In this document: positions 10,014-21,808 of the stretch, one piece after another | Layout of the letters: each line of letters opens with the position of its first letter | Numbering within the stretch: the stretch's first letter is position 1 | NCBI GenBank assembly: GCA_934178475.1 | Contig: CAKPQH010000001.1 | Span: 68,128-132,127, forward strand | Length of the DNA: 64,000 bases | Direction: 5' to 3' | Origin: an uncultured Clostridia bacterium | GTDB taxonomy: Bacteria > Bacillota > Clostridia > TANB77 > CAG-508 | Program-made: the position numbers and the translations under genes | Notes under the pieces: model-generated | Told to the model about the DNA's origin: nothing | The model's database searches: none | The model's input: only the letters and a program-made list of their open reading frames with translations

Positions 10014-10448
10014 ATGAACAATACTACATACAGTGTTAAAAAAAGTGAAATAGAAAGAAAATGGTATATAATTGATGCAGCAAATAAACCTTTAGGTAGA
10101 GTTGCTACTGAAGCAGCTAGATTACTTGCTGGAAAACACAAACCAATTTATACTACAAATTTAGATACAGGTGATCATGTTATCGTAATCAATTGTAAAG
10201 ATGTAAAATTAACAGGAAACAAAGCTGAACAAAAAATGTATAGACATCATTCTGGATACATCGGTGGAATGAAAGAAGTTAAAGCGGGAGATATGTTAGC
10301 AAACAATCCTGAAAAAGCTATGACTTTAGCTATAAAAGGAATGTTACCTCATAACTCTTTAGGAGCTCAAATGTTAAGAAAACTAAGAGTTTATGCCGGA
10401 AGCGAACATGAAAATCAAGCTCAAAAACCAGAAATATGGAATTTTTAA
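10014..10448 (+). CDS. rplM: 50S ribosomal protein L13
   Basis: 144 aa; [31 protein letters not shown] is canonical L13. Confidence 0.95.
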   Translation: MNNTTYSVKKSEIERKWYIIDAANKPLGRVATEAARLLAGKHKPIYTTNLDTGDHVIVINCKDVKLTGNKAEQKMYRHHSGYIGGMKEVKAGDMLANNPEKAMTLAIKGMLPHNSLGAQMLRKLRVYAGSEHENQAQKPEIWNF

Positions 10449-10469
10449 TTAATAAGGGAGGAAATATAA

Positions 10470-10871
10470 ATGCCTAAAGCAGAAAAAATATATTATTATG
10501 GTACAGGTAGAAGAAAAAATGCTATTGCTAGAGTTAGATTAACAGAAGGAACTGGAAAAATAACTATAAATGGTAAAGACATTGATGAATATTTTGGAAT
10601 GGAAACATTAAAAGTTATCGTAAGACAACCTTTAACAGTTACTAACACATTAGCTAAATATGATGTTATAGCAAAAGTTGTTGGTGGAGGTTTCACAGGT
10701 CAAGCTGGAGCTATCCGTCATGGTATTGCTAGAGCTTTAAATGAAGCAAATAGTGAATTTAGACCTGCTTTAAAATCAAACGGTTTCTTAACAAGAGATC
10801 CTCGTATGAAAGAAAGAAAGAAATATGGTCTTAAAAAAGCTAGAAAAGCTCCACAATTCTCAAAGAGATAA
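10470..10871 (+). CDS. rpsI: 30S ribosomal protein S9
   Basis: 133 aa; [16 protein letters not shown] ... [14 protein letters not shown] is canonical S9. Sits in the rplM-rpsI operon. Confidence 0.95.
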   Translation: MPKAEKIYYYGTGRRKNAIARVRLTEGTGKITINGKDIDEYFGMETLKVIVRQPLTVTNTLAKYDVIAKVVGGGFTGQAGAIRHGIARALNEANSEFRPALKSNGFLTRDPRMKERKKYGLKKARKAPQFSKR

Positions 10872-10895
10872 GATGCTTTTTATACAAAATTATTC

Positions 10896-10941
10896 AACCT
10901 CAGAAGTTTCAAACTTCCGAGGTTTTTTGTTTTTATTTTTT
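10896..10941 (+). terminator. Rho-independent terminator after rpsI
   Basis: AACCTCAGAAGTTT-caa-ACTTCCGAGGTT hairpin followed by TTTTTTGTTTTTATTTTTT. Confidence 0.6.
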
Positions 10942-11038
10942 AATCCGTCATATACTAGTAATACACAAACTTATATTTTAATATACTATAACTTTTTTAT
11001 TTCTAAATACCGTAAATTGTAATTTGTGTTTATAGTTA

Positions 11039-11347
11039 TTACAATAAATTTATCCAGTTCCTTCTTCCATACATAATCCTTACTATTTGTATGCTATAAC
11101 TTTTTACTCTATAAAATACAATATAATTATCAACAATCAATTTTCTTATTTCTAATTTTTTTATTATATCATCATCTATAATAGAATATATATCAGGATT
11201 ATTAGTTAAATTGTTTATTTCTTTTCGTATTTTAGAAATTAAATTTTGTGCTATTTCTGGTTCCTGTAGATTATACTTAATATATCGTTTTATTTCTATT
11301 AAATCTTGTTTAGATTCTCTAGAATATTCTATACTATATTTTTTCAC
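11039..11347 (-). CDS. Type II toxin, ParE/RelE family
   Basis: 102 aa, basic. Tail IVFYRVKSYSIQIVRIMYGRRNW is typical of ParE/RelE toxins. Lies 15 nt downstream of an antitoxin gene. Confidence 0.65.
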   Translation of the reverse strand: MKKYSIEYSRESKQDLIEIKRYIKYNLQEPEIAQNLISKIRKEINNLTNNPDIYSIIDDDIIKKLEIRKLIVDNYIVFYRVKSYSIQIVRIMYGRRNWINLL

Positions 11348-11362
11348 AAATAGTCCTTCTTT

Positions 11363-11632
11363 CTATATCTTATCTAGTTCATTATATACATCTTTTTCTG
11401 AAAGCTTTTCTCCTTTTTCTAAAGAATTTATTCCTTTTTCTAATTCTTTATATAAAATATGCTTATCTGTTAAAAATTCATATAGTTCAATACTCATAAC
11501 AGCTAAATCTCCAGAACCATTTTTAGTAATATATACCGGACTTTTTGTTTGATGACAAATTGTAGATATTTCATTATAATTATTTCTTAAATCAGAACTT
11601 GGTCTAATAATTGGCATAGTAAACACCTCCAT
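11363..11632 (-). CDS. Type II antitoxin, Phd/YefM family
   Basis: 89 aa; RPSSDLRNNYNEISTICHQTKSPVYITKNGSGDLAVMSIELYEFL matches the Phd/YefM N-terminal fold signature. Confidence 0.65.
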   Translation of the reverse strand: MEVFTMPIIRPSSDLRNNYNEISTICHQTKSPVYITKNGSGDLAVMSIELYEFLTDKHILYKELEKGINSLEKGEKLSEKDVYNELDKI

Positions 11633-11815
11633 TTATATTATATACATATTATATCAAAATATTGATATATAATCAATGCTTTTTGTAAAATTTTCAGTAA
11701 ATAATTTAAACAAAAAATTACTATTAATCTTTTATTTGCACTATCATTATATTTAATCAAAGATCAAAAAGGATTTACAACTAAAAGCTATAAATCCTTT
11801 TTTCATTATCCTATT

Positions 11816-13870
11816 TTATTCAGCCCACATATTTTTTATATCTTTTTCAGATTGAGCCATTTGTTTTATTTTATTTGCAATTTGTTTGCCTTTGCTTCTT
11901 GTTTTAGTTTTCTGTTCGCTTTTTTCTTTAGCATCCTTTTTGTTTTTTTCCTTTTTAGACTTAGATTTAGTTTCTGTTTTTTTCTTTTTTAAACTTTCAT
12001 TTTCACTATCATCTTCTTCTATTATTTTTTCATCTTCATCATCGTCAAAATCAAAATCCATTTCATCATCAAAATCATCACCAAAGTCATCTTCATAATC
12101 TAGTAACTCATTATCACCAACTAATATATCATCTTCTTTATTAATATCTTCTTTTTTACTTAATGCTTTTGGTTTTTCATCTTCATCATCCATTTCATCT
12201 AAATCAAAATCGCCGAAATCTAAATCTATCTCATCTTCAAAGTCTTCATCAAAATCATCACCAAAATCGCTATCAAAATCATCTTCAGAATCTTCAACAA
12301 CATCATCATCTTCTTCAATTATTTGCTTATCAATATTTTTTTCTTCCGCCACTTTTTTGTCTTCAACTTTTGCTTCATTATTCTTTTTTGAATCTTTTTT
12401 GTCAGACTCTATTTCATTCTCTTCATCTTCAATAGGAACATCATTATTAATAAAAGCAAGAATTTTATCAAGTTTTCTCTTCCTGATTTCATCCTCATTT
12501 TCTTTTTCGTCTTGTTTAATTTCTTCTATTGGTTTAACTTCAATATTTTCTTGTACTTCTTCTTGTTTCACATTATTAACTTTTTCATTAACAATTTCTT
12601 TTTCCTCTTTTTCACTTTCAAGCACTTGAATTACTTCTGGAGCTTTGTACTCATATTGTGATAAATCTGTCTCAAATGTATCTTTCATTATATTTCTAAA
12701 GACATCATAAATCTTTCTTATTCCGTCCATTCTCCAATAATCTGGATTTATAACCGTTCCAACCAAATTAAACTTGCTTACCTTAAGTTCAAACTCTTTT
12801 TGTTCATTTTCTAATTCATATAAATACTCTGTATTATACAACTCTTTTATTAACTTCTTTGTTGCTTTTCCAGCAATCTCTTTTAATAATAACTCATATA
12901 AATTTCTTATCTGTTCTAAATCTTTCTCTAAATATTTACATGCTTCTTGCATCAATTTATGATGTTCTTTTTCTCCACTCATGATATTAAGTCTTTCATT
13001 ATCTAGAAATAAAATCACATAATCTTTTTCAGCATTTAAAAATTCTAATTTAGCACTCATATCTTTTATTGTTTTTTTATGCTTACTTATTTTCACATTA
13101 TCATCTTTTATTTCTGCAAACAACTTTCCTATTTTATCAAAAGCATTATTATAGCATTCTATCTCACGTTTGTTTATATCTATATCAATTTGTATAGCCT
13201 TATTAATAACATTTTCATCAAATTTAACTCTCTCTTTTGCACCATTTTTTAAAACTTTTTCAGTAATCTCTTTACTTATATTAGTTGTATCCTGTTCAAA
13301 AAAGCTTCTAGAAAACTTAACCTTATCCATATTAAGTTTTCCAAATAAATCAATAGCTCTATCCAAACTTTTATTATAGGCCATATCTATTATTCTATTT
13401 TCTTTTTCAATCTGAGTTCTTACTTCAATTTTTTCGTTAAATTCTCTTAAAGATTCTATAAATTTCTTTCCAACATTTTTTAATAAGTTTTCATTTTCTT
13501 CAATCTCTTTATCTAATGCTAATAATTTGTTTGAAATATCTTCTGCATTTTCTCCTATTTCAGAAAATAAATTATTTCTATCATTTTGAAGTTTAATGCT
13601 TTTATTATATAATACGTTTTCTTCTTTTTGTAAATTTTTAATAATATTTACAATTTCTTCGTATTCAACCATAATTTTATCTTCTGCATCTGTTGATTCT
13701 AAATATTTCTCTAAACTATTAACTAAATCAACATAATTCTCATAATTTACTTTTAAATTACTTTCAGCATTATAATCAAATAATTTATCAAAATATCTTT
13801 CAAATACTATAGCATTTCTCTCATACATACTGATATTCCCTCCATCTATTTTTATTGCATTATATATCAA
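11816..13870 (-). CDS. Cytoplasmic coiled-coil protein with a polyacidic DF-repeat tail and lysine-rich C-terminus (684 aa)
   Basis: No TM. About 480 aa of heptad-rich sequence, then DDFDSDFGDDFDEDFEDEIDLDFGDFDLDEMDDEDE ... DDFGDDFDDEMDFDFDDDEDE, then KKKKTETKSKSKKEKNKK. Last gene of the minus-strand array, 118 bp after the previous gene. Confidence 0.55.
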   Translation of the reverse strand: MIYNAIKIDGGNISMYERNAIVFERYFDKLFDYNAESNLKVNYENYVDLVNSLEKYLESTDAEDKIMVEYEEIVNIIKNLQKEENVLYNKSIKLQNDRNNLFSEIGENAEDISNKLLALDKEIEENENLLKNVGKKFIESLREFNEKIEVRTQIEKENRIIDMAYNKSLDRAIDLFGKLNMDKVKFSRSFFEQDTTNISKEITEKVLKNGAKERVKFDENVINKAIQIDIDINKREIECYNNAFDKIGKLFAEIKDDNVKISKHKKTIKDMSAKLEFLNAEKDYVILFLDNERLNIMSGEKEHHKLMQEACKYLEKDLEQIRNLYELLLKEIAGKATKKLIKELYNTEYLYELENEQKEFELKVSKFNLVGTVINPDYWRMDGIRKIYDVFRNIMKDTFETDLSQYEYKAPEVIQVLESEKEEKEIVNEKVNNVKQEEVQENIEVKPIEEIKQDEKENEDEIRKRKLDKILAFINNDVPIEDEENEIESDKKDSKKNNEAKVEDKKVAEEKNIDKQIIEEDDDVVEDSEDDFDSDFGDDFDEDFEDEIDLDFGDFDLDEMDDEDEKPKALSKKEDINKEDDILVGDNELLDYEDDFGDDFDDEMDFDFDDDEDEKIIEEDDSENESLKKKKTETKSKSKKEKNKKDAKEKSEQKTKTRSKGKQIANKIKQMAQSEKDIKNMWAE

Positions 13871-13988
13871 AATTCATAAAAAGTCTACATTTTTCTACAA
13901 TTTTACTATATTATGTTCATCTTTCATAAAAAATATACTTACAAAATAAAAATACCAATGAAATACTCACTGGTAATTTAATCTTATT

Positions 13989-14735
13989 TTAATATTCAAA
14001 ATCTCTTACATAATCTAATTTTTTTATTAATAACTGTTGTGTCTCTTCATATTCCAAAGAGTCAATACTCATATCTATAGTATAATCATCTGTATAAGCT
14101 TTTATATCCTGTTCATATTCTTTTCCTTGTAAAACTACTACTTCATCTTTATCATAATCATATATTTCAACATAGTCTCTATAACTAACATATGCATATG
14201 ATAATGGTGGAACAACATATTCTTGATCGCCGACTTTTATTTTCGTTTCTTTCAAAAATAAATACATATCTTGTCCATCAAATATAAAAGCATCTTCAAT
14301 TTCTTTTGCTTTTGATTCATTATCTTTATATTTTCTTACTTTTATTTTTCCATTTTCTTTATATAAAACTGAAAAATCTTCAAATTTATAATTCGTTTTA
14401 AGTTTTGGGAATATAACTTCTACTTTTTCTGGCAAAAGTAATTTTCCAAGTTCATCTCTATAATACATTGGTGTAGCATCCAAATGCACTGTAGAATTAT
14501 CTTCTAATATTAATATTTTTTCATTTTTTTCATTTTTACTATCTTTTTTATTTATTATTTCTAGTTTTCCAGAATACTCTTTCTTTATTCCAGAAAAATA
14601 TTGATAAAAGGTTTTACCAGACAAATCAATTCTTTGATTACTTCCACTTATTGATTTATATATTCTATATGCTACAAATATAAAAATCACAGCTATTACT
14701 ATTATTCCAAATTTTAACCATCTCTCATTTTTCAT
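13989..14735 (-). CDS. Bitopic membrane protein (N-terminal TM, 248 aa) at the end of the ATPase-like operon
   Basis: Single N-terminal helix FGIIVIAVIFIFVAY. Overlaps the upstream gene by 4 nt. Confidence 0.45.
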   Translation of the reverse strand: MKNERWLKFGIIVIAVIFIFVAYRIYKSISGSNQRIDLSGKTFYQYFSGIKKEYSGKLEIINKKDSKNEKNEKILILEDNSTVHLDATPMYYRDELGKLLLPEKVEVIFPKLKTNYKFEDFSVLYKENGKIKVRKYKDNESKAKEIEDAFIFDGQDMYLFLKETKIKVGDQEYVVPPLSYAYVSYRDYVEIYDYDKDEVVVLQGKEYEQDIKAYTDDYTIDMSIDSLEYEETQQLLIKKLDYVRDFEY

Positions 14736-15280
14736 GTTTTATCAATTACCTTTCCACTTTCTTTTAAACTATGATTATTTCTATTTTCCACAATATCAAA
14801 TATATTTTTAAAAAAGAAATACATAGCAAAAATTATAACAAACACCTTCAAAGATATTTGAATAATATTTAATGATACTGAATATTGCATTTCTAACATA
14901 TAATCATTTAACACATAAATAAAATAATCAGTAATTACTTGTATTATAGCACAAACCAACTCATAAATAAACCTTTTATATGATAAAACAATATACAATA
15001 TCGATATAATTATTATCATAATTAAATATACATATATAGAATCTGTAAAAATCAAAGATGTATAGATAACCAAAAAGGTTCTTATAACAACACACGATAA
15101 TTTTACTAAATCAATATTTTTTATTCTAAAAAATAATCCATAAAATGTAACTTTCCATCTACTATCTTGTCTAAATTTTCTAACAACAAGATAGCACCAT
15201 GCTGCTAGTAAAAAAATCACTAGTAAAAACAAAAGTAAAAAACTTGTACTCTCCCTTATATAATATAAAATTAACTCCAT
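14732..15280 (-). CDS. Polytopic membrane protein (182 aa) downstream of the epsilon-like gene
   Basis: About 5 hydrophobic helices. One helix carries an intramembrane Arg (SCVVIRTFLVIY). No similarity to F-ATPase subunit a that I can see. Confidence 0.45.
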   Translation of the reverse strand: MELILYYIRESTSFLLLFLLVIFLLAAWCYLVVRKFRQDSRWKVTFYGLFFRIKNIDLVKLSCVVIRTFLVIYTSLIFTDSIYVYLIMIIIISILYIVLSYKRFIYELVCAIIQVITDYFIYVLNDYMLEMQYSVSLNIIQISLKVFVIIFAMYFFFKNIFDIVENRNNHSLKESGKVIDKT

Positions 15281-15294
15281 ATCCTCTTCCTTTA

Positions 15295-16933
<1,639 letters not shown>

Positions 16934-16936
16934 TTA

Positions 16937-17725
16937 TCATTTTGTATTTAAATTAACTTTGTTAATATTATCTATTTGTTTCTTTAAAGCTTTATTATTT
17001 TTTTCTTTTCTTTCTTCTCTTTGTTTTTCTTCTTCAATTTCATCTATCTTTTTTAAAGATTCCTTTGTTATCATTTGTCTCATAATATTTTCAGATGCAT
17101 AACTATTTTCGACAGCTACTTTTATTTCATAATTCAAATATAACGCAATTATATTTAATAATATACTATTGATATTTCCTTCAACTGCAAAATCTTCATT
17201 ATAAGAATTATTTTTAACTTTACTTTTCTCAAGTGGTAATATTTTTCTTTTTACTAATTCAATTCTACTAATATTATAATAATGATTATAAATTAAATTA
17301 ACCTCTGAATATTTTTTATCTTTAACACAATTAAACATTATATTACTTATTTTACCAGCACTATTATAATAATCATCTTTAGACAACGACAAAATAACAT
17401 TACTATATTCCTGTCCAGAAATTATCTTTTTTCCAATTATTATTTTATCATTATCAACATCTTCCTTTAATTTAGTATGAACATTTGTATTAAAGTTTCC
17501 ACAAAATCCTAAATCATTTGCTATATAAATATTTAAAGCCTTTCCTTTTTTATTCATTTTTATCATTTTCTTATCAAGTATCAGATTTTGGTTATTCAAT
17601 ATATTATCAATAAAATCTCTTACTGCTTCTTCGTATTCAAAAAATTCCTCTGCTCTTCTTTTTGAAGAATCAACCCTTAATAGAGAATGGAAATTCATTA
17701 CTTTAACTATGCTTTTAATTTTCAT
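16937..17725 (-). CDS. F1-ATPase gamma-like subunit (divergent, 262 aa)
   Basis: Sits between the alpha and beta genes. N-terminal MKIKSIVKVMNFHSLLRVDSSKRRAEE mirrors the gamma N-terminal helix; C-terminus is helical and charged. Confidence 0.5.
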   Translation of the reverse strand: MKIKSIVKVMNFHSLLRVDSSKRRAEEFFEYEEAVRDFIDNILNNQNLILDKKMIKMNKKGKALNIYIANDLGFCGNFNTNVHTKLKEDVDNDKIIIGKKIISGQEYSNVILSLSKDDYYNSAGKISNIMFNCVKDKKYSEVNLIYNHYYNISRIELVKRKILPLEKSKVKNNSYNEDFAVEGNINSILLNIIALYLNYEIKVAVENSYASENIMRQMITKESLKKIDEIEEEKQREERKEKNNKALKKQIDNINKVNLNTK

Positions 17726-17768
17726 ATTATCCTCTGTTAGCTAAAGCTAACTTCTCCCTTCATAAATT

Positions 17769-19109
17769 TTATTTTGTTTTATTATCAAAATATTCAAACC
17801 TATCAATTATATCTTGCTCAGAAAATGGTTCAAATTTATTCTGTCTTAAAAGCATTTCTATTTTCTTTCCTTCTTTCATCTTGTTTCTAAGTTCCTCACT
17901 CATTTCATCCATATTTGCAAGTTCATAAACTTCCTTTGTTTCAAGATAATTTAAAAGTTTCAATCTTACTTTAGCTCCAAGTGCCTTTATATTATCCTTT
18001 TGAACAGCACCTCCTAATCTTGATACTGAAACACCATAATCAATTGCAGGTTTTTGACCTTTAGCAAACTGTTTACTTGAAAGTACTATCTGTCCATCTG
18101 TTATTGATATTATATTTGTTGATATATAATCTGTTATATCTCCACCTTTTGTTTCAACAATTGGAAGAACTGTAATTGAACCTCCGTTTTTATGTTGGCA
18201 CCCTTTTTCAAGCAATCTTGAATGTGTATAAAAAATATCTGCTGGATATGCTTCTCTACCAGGTGTTTTATTTGATACTAAGCTTATCTCTCTATATATT
18301 TCAGCATGTCTTTTTAAATCATCTATGACTACTAAAACATCTTTTTGTTGTTGCATATACTCTTCAGCAATTGACATACCTACATATGGAATTAAACTTA
18401 ATACTGGAGTTTTATCATCATTTGTAGCAACAACCATCATAGTATATGATAAAGCATTCCTTTTTAGCAATTCATTATAAATTGTTTTAATTTCCTTTTT
18501 AGTTTTTCCTATAGCAATATAAATACATATCATATTACCTTTATTTTCTTTTACTCTACCTTGATTTACTATAGCATCTAATGCAATTTGTGTCTTTCCT
18601 GTTTTTTTATCACCAATTATTAATTGTCTTTGTCCTTTTCCAATAGGATAAATCAAATCAATTCCTGCTATTCCTGTCAAAAGTGGTCTACATACTTGCG
18701 TTCTTTCAATAATTGGAACATTTGGTTTTTCTATATCTATATATTTAAACTTTTCAAAAGACTTTCCTGATAACTGATCTACACCAAAAATATCAGTTAT
18801 TCTTCCTAAAGCTTCTTCTGCAAATATAGCTCTAAATAATTCACCAGTAGCATTAGCAATATCACCTATTTCAATAGGAGCATACTCTTTAACAATGGCA
18901 ACACTTACTGAATTTTGATATATAGCATTTACATACCCCATACCTTTTTCCATTATAACTATTTTTTCAAAATACATTACATTTTCAAGTCCTGTTACTT
19001 CAACTATATAATCTTTTATCTTAACTATCTTTCCAGAATCAAATATATTCTTTTTCTCTTTTATCTTATTAACCTTTTCATTAACTAAATTAGTTATATG
19101 TGTTTCCAT
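17769..19109 (-). CDS. F1-ATPase alpha-like subunit (446 aa, C-terminal domain shortened)
   Basis: P-loop GDKKTGKT preceded by LLTGIAGIDLIYPIGKGQRQLIIG. Also REAYPADIFYTHSRLLEKG and ISITDGQIVL...VSVSRLG (arginine-finger region). Confidence 0.9.
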   Translation of the reverse strand: METHITNLVNEKVNKIKEKKNIFDSGKIVKIKDYIVEVTGLENVMYFEKIVIMEKGMGYVNAIYQNSVSVAIVKEYAPIEIGDIANATGELFRAIFAEEALGRITDIFGVDQLSGKSFEKFKYIDIEKPNVPIIERTQVCRPLLTGIAGIDLIYPIGKGQRQLIIGDKKTGKTQIALDAIVNQGRVKENKGNMICIYIAIGKTKKEIKTIYNELLKRNALSYTMMVVATNDDKTPVLSLIPYVGMSIAEEYMQQQKDVLVVIDDLKRHAEIYREISLVSNKTPGREAYPADIFYTHSRLLEKGCQHKNGGSITVLPIVETKGGDITDYISTNIISITDGQIVLSSKQFAKGQKPAIDYGVSVSRLGGAVQKDNIKALGAKVRLKLLNYLETKEVYELANMDEMSEELRNKMKEGKKIEMLLRQNKFEPFSEQDIIDRFEYFDNKTK

Positions 19110-19142
19110 ACTTTTTTCATCCTTCCTATTATTAGTTATATA

Positions 19143-19940
19143 TTAAATGCTATAATCATAAATTTTATTTCTATACTTGATAATCATACCTTCTGACATA
19201 TTGCTATATGTTTTTAAAATAATATTTTTATCAAATTTGCTATAATTTTTGTCAATAACATTCATATAAATATATATATATGGATCTATTTCTTCCATTC
19301 TTTCATCGATGAATTTTAATAATTCATTTATTCCAAATTCCTTATTCTCTTTTATCAATTTATCCCATTTTAAAATTTTTTTATCAGTTGCAGTCAAAAC
19401 TTCCTGTATAACATCTTGTTGTTCTTGCTTATTTAATGTTAAACATTGGTATATAGCCTCTTCATTAAATTTTCCTTTAATTTTACTTAAAGCATTATAT
19501 TCTTTTTCTTCTTTTTCGTTTTTATGTTCTTTGACAAATTTTTTAATCAAATCTTCATTATCTACTGTAAATATTCTTTTTAATTCTTTATAGTTCTTGA
19601 AGAAGTCTTCTTCTCTAAACTTAGGAGTTTTTAGTTCATATTGTACTTCAATAAAATCATTGCCATCATCATTTTCTTTTTTTCTTTCTGGCAATTTGAA
19701 ATCATCATCTTTTTTTCCAATAAGATTTTTATTTTCTTGTTTCATTTCTTCGATTTCAGATTTTAGATTATTCAATTCTGTTCTTTTTTCTTCAATTATA
19801 TAATCATAATCCTGCATTTTGTTTACAAAATATCTCTTAGCATTATCATCCATCCTTTTCAATATATTCTTGAAAAGGAAGAAAACAAATACAAGCATTA
19901 TTATGATTAATATGACAGCAGCAACTATCAACTCTACCAT
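19143..19940 (-). CDS. F-ATPase b-like stalk subunit (N-terminal TM plus long charged coiled coil), possibly a b/delta-like fusion
   Basis: 265 aa. TM VAAVILIIIMLVFVFFLF then a K/E-rich helix. Sits between the c and alpha genes. Longer than a typical b; the C-terminal half could be a degenerate delta. Confidence 0.45.
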   Translation of the reverse strand: MVELIVAAVILIIIMLVFVFFLFKNILKRMDDNAKRYFVNKMQDYDYIIEEKRTELNNLKSEIEEMKQENKNLIGKKDDDFKLPERKKENDDGNDFIEVQYELKTPKFREEDFFKNYKELKRIFTVDNEDLIKKFVKEHKNEKEEKEYNALSKIKGKFNEEAIYQCLTLNKQEQQDVIQEVLTATDKKILKWDKLIKENKEFGINELLKFIDERMEEIDPYIYIYMNVIDKNYSKFDKNIILKTYSNMSEGMIIKYRNKIYDYSI

Positions 19941-19969
19941 AGCTTTTGTTCCTTCCTAATAATTTATCT

Positions 19970-20224
<255 letters not shown>

Positions 20225-20238
20225 TCATTCCTCCAATT

Positions 20239-21795
20239 TTAATATTTATAATTTTTAATTTTAGCCTTTAAATTTGTTTCTACCTTATTATTGTTATAAT
20301 AAGTATTTTCAAGTTTTATAGTTATATAATCTGCTTGTTTTATTTCATCTGTATTATCAATATAACCCGTATACCCTTGTGTAGTAACTGCTGTATTTAT
20401 TTTTGCAGTATTCATTGTTATTTCTTGTACACAATCAAAACTATCATTTAAATATACTCTTAATATAGGTTTATTTGAAGAATTTTCCCCATATATATAG
20501 TTTCCATCTATCTTTAAATTATAATAAATTTTTTCAGATGTTATTTTTATAAAACTTAACTTTTCTGTTTGCTTTAATGTTTTAACAGGCATTGAATCTT
20601 CAACTGTATCGACTGTTGCAGCATCAGAATAGACTATTCTGTAACCTATTTCAACCGAATAATTTGTATCTGGTATTAAGTCTTGTACTCTATATGATGT
20701 ACCATTTTTATCTAATGAAACTGATTGTATTAACTCATTTCCTTTATATACCTTAGCATACACAACATTGTATTTTCCATCTGGGTCATTTACAGTATAA
20801 CTTATATCAATAAATGTACTTGCAGATGTAACACCATTTAATTCAATACTTCTGGCAGATTCTTTTTCTTCATCTTCTTCTTGATTGTCTTTATTCTTCT
20901 TATTTAGTACACTATTAAAAGCATCTTTTACATTTTGTGACCATTTATTAAGTGTTGAAGCTAATTTATTTCTATTGCTTTCTTGGTCACCCTCACTTCC
21001 AATAATTGTTGCCTGATTGTTTTCTACTGTTGTTGAAGTACCTCCGCCATTTACTATTACCTGAGAATTTTCTGTATTATTTTCTTCATTTGTAGTATTA
21101 TTATCCTCTACATTTTTCTTTTCTTTCTCTACATATTCATTTGTACTTCCTATAATCTTTTTAAGATTTATTTCTTCATTATTAAAGATTAATTTTTCAT
21201 TCGCAACATCAAAAGTGAAATCTTGAGTTATTAATTTTATTCCATTAATCGTTCTAATATCCATTTCGTTATTTAACAATAACGCATTTCCAGCCTTATC
21301 TATTATTATCATCAAATAATCTTTTGCATCTAATGAACCTATGTCATTTCCAATGGTGTCTGATATAATTAAATATTTTCTATCAGCCATCTTATAAAAT
21401 GAACTGCTTGCAGAGGAACTTTTTACCTTATTACTACCTTTTATCTTCTTTATTTCTCCTCCATTTAACACCTGATAAAAAGTTCCATACAAGTCTACAT
21501 TTTTCTTGTTAACATCATAAGCTACAACATTTTCACCTAATTTATATTCTTTTTTTGTTATATTTTCTTTCAAATAATAGCTGCCTGTCCACTTTTTAGA
21601 AATTAGAGCAGGATTTTCTAATTCTATATAATTATAATCACTATCATATATAAAAGCTGTTGATTCTACTTCATATTTCTCTTTATCTGTTCTCAAGACA
21701 ATTATCACGCCACAAATAAGTAAAGCCAATATAATTACTACTATAAAAGTAAACATTGTAAATTTCATTTTATTTCCTGCTGTTAAATTTCTCAA
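20239..21795 (-). CDS. Membrane-anchored surface protein with FN3/Ig-like domain (518 aa), occupying the position where subunit a would be
   Basis: N-terminal TM FTMFTFIVVIILALLICGVIIVL. FN3-type tyrosine corner DLIPDTNYSVEIGY. Confidence 0.5.
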   Translation of the reverse strand: MRNLTAGNKMKFTMFTFIVVIILALLICGVIIVLRTDKEKYEVESTAFIYDSDYNYIELENPALISKKWTGSYYLKENITKKEYKLGENVVAYDVNKKNVDLYGTFYQVLNGGEIKKIKGSNKVKSSSASSSFYKMADRKYLIISDTIGNDIGSLDAKDYLMIIIDKAGNALLLNNEMDIRTINGIKLITQDFTFDVANEKLIFNNEEINLKKIIGSTNEYVEKEKKNVEDNNTTNEENNTENSQVIVNGGGTSTTVENNQATIIGSEGDQESNRNKLASTLNKWSQNVKDAFNSVLNKKNKDNQEEDEEKESARSIELNGVTSASTFIDISYTVNDPDGKYNVVYAKVYKGNELIQSVSLDKNGTSYRVQDLIPDTNYSVEIGYRIVYSDAATVDTVEDSMPVKTLKQTEKLSFIKITSEKIYYNLKIDGNYIYGENSSNKPILRVYLNDSFDCVQEITMNTAKINTAVTTQGYTGYIDNTDEIKQADYITIKLENTYYNNNKVETNLKAKIKNYKY

Positions 21796-21808
21796 AAGAT
21801 TTCACCCC

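Noticed and set aside
11886-12629. Serine/leucine-rich + strand ORFs (11886..12098, 12163..12435, 12357..12629)
   Set aside because: Antisense shadows of the GA-rich acidic-tail coding region of the 684-aa gene. Their low-complexity composition mirrors the sense-strand repeats.
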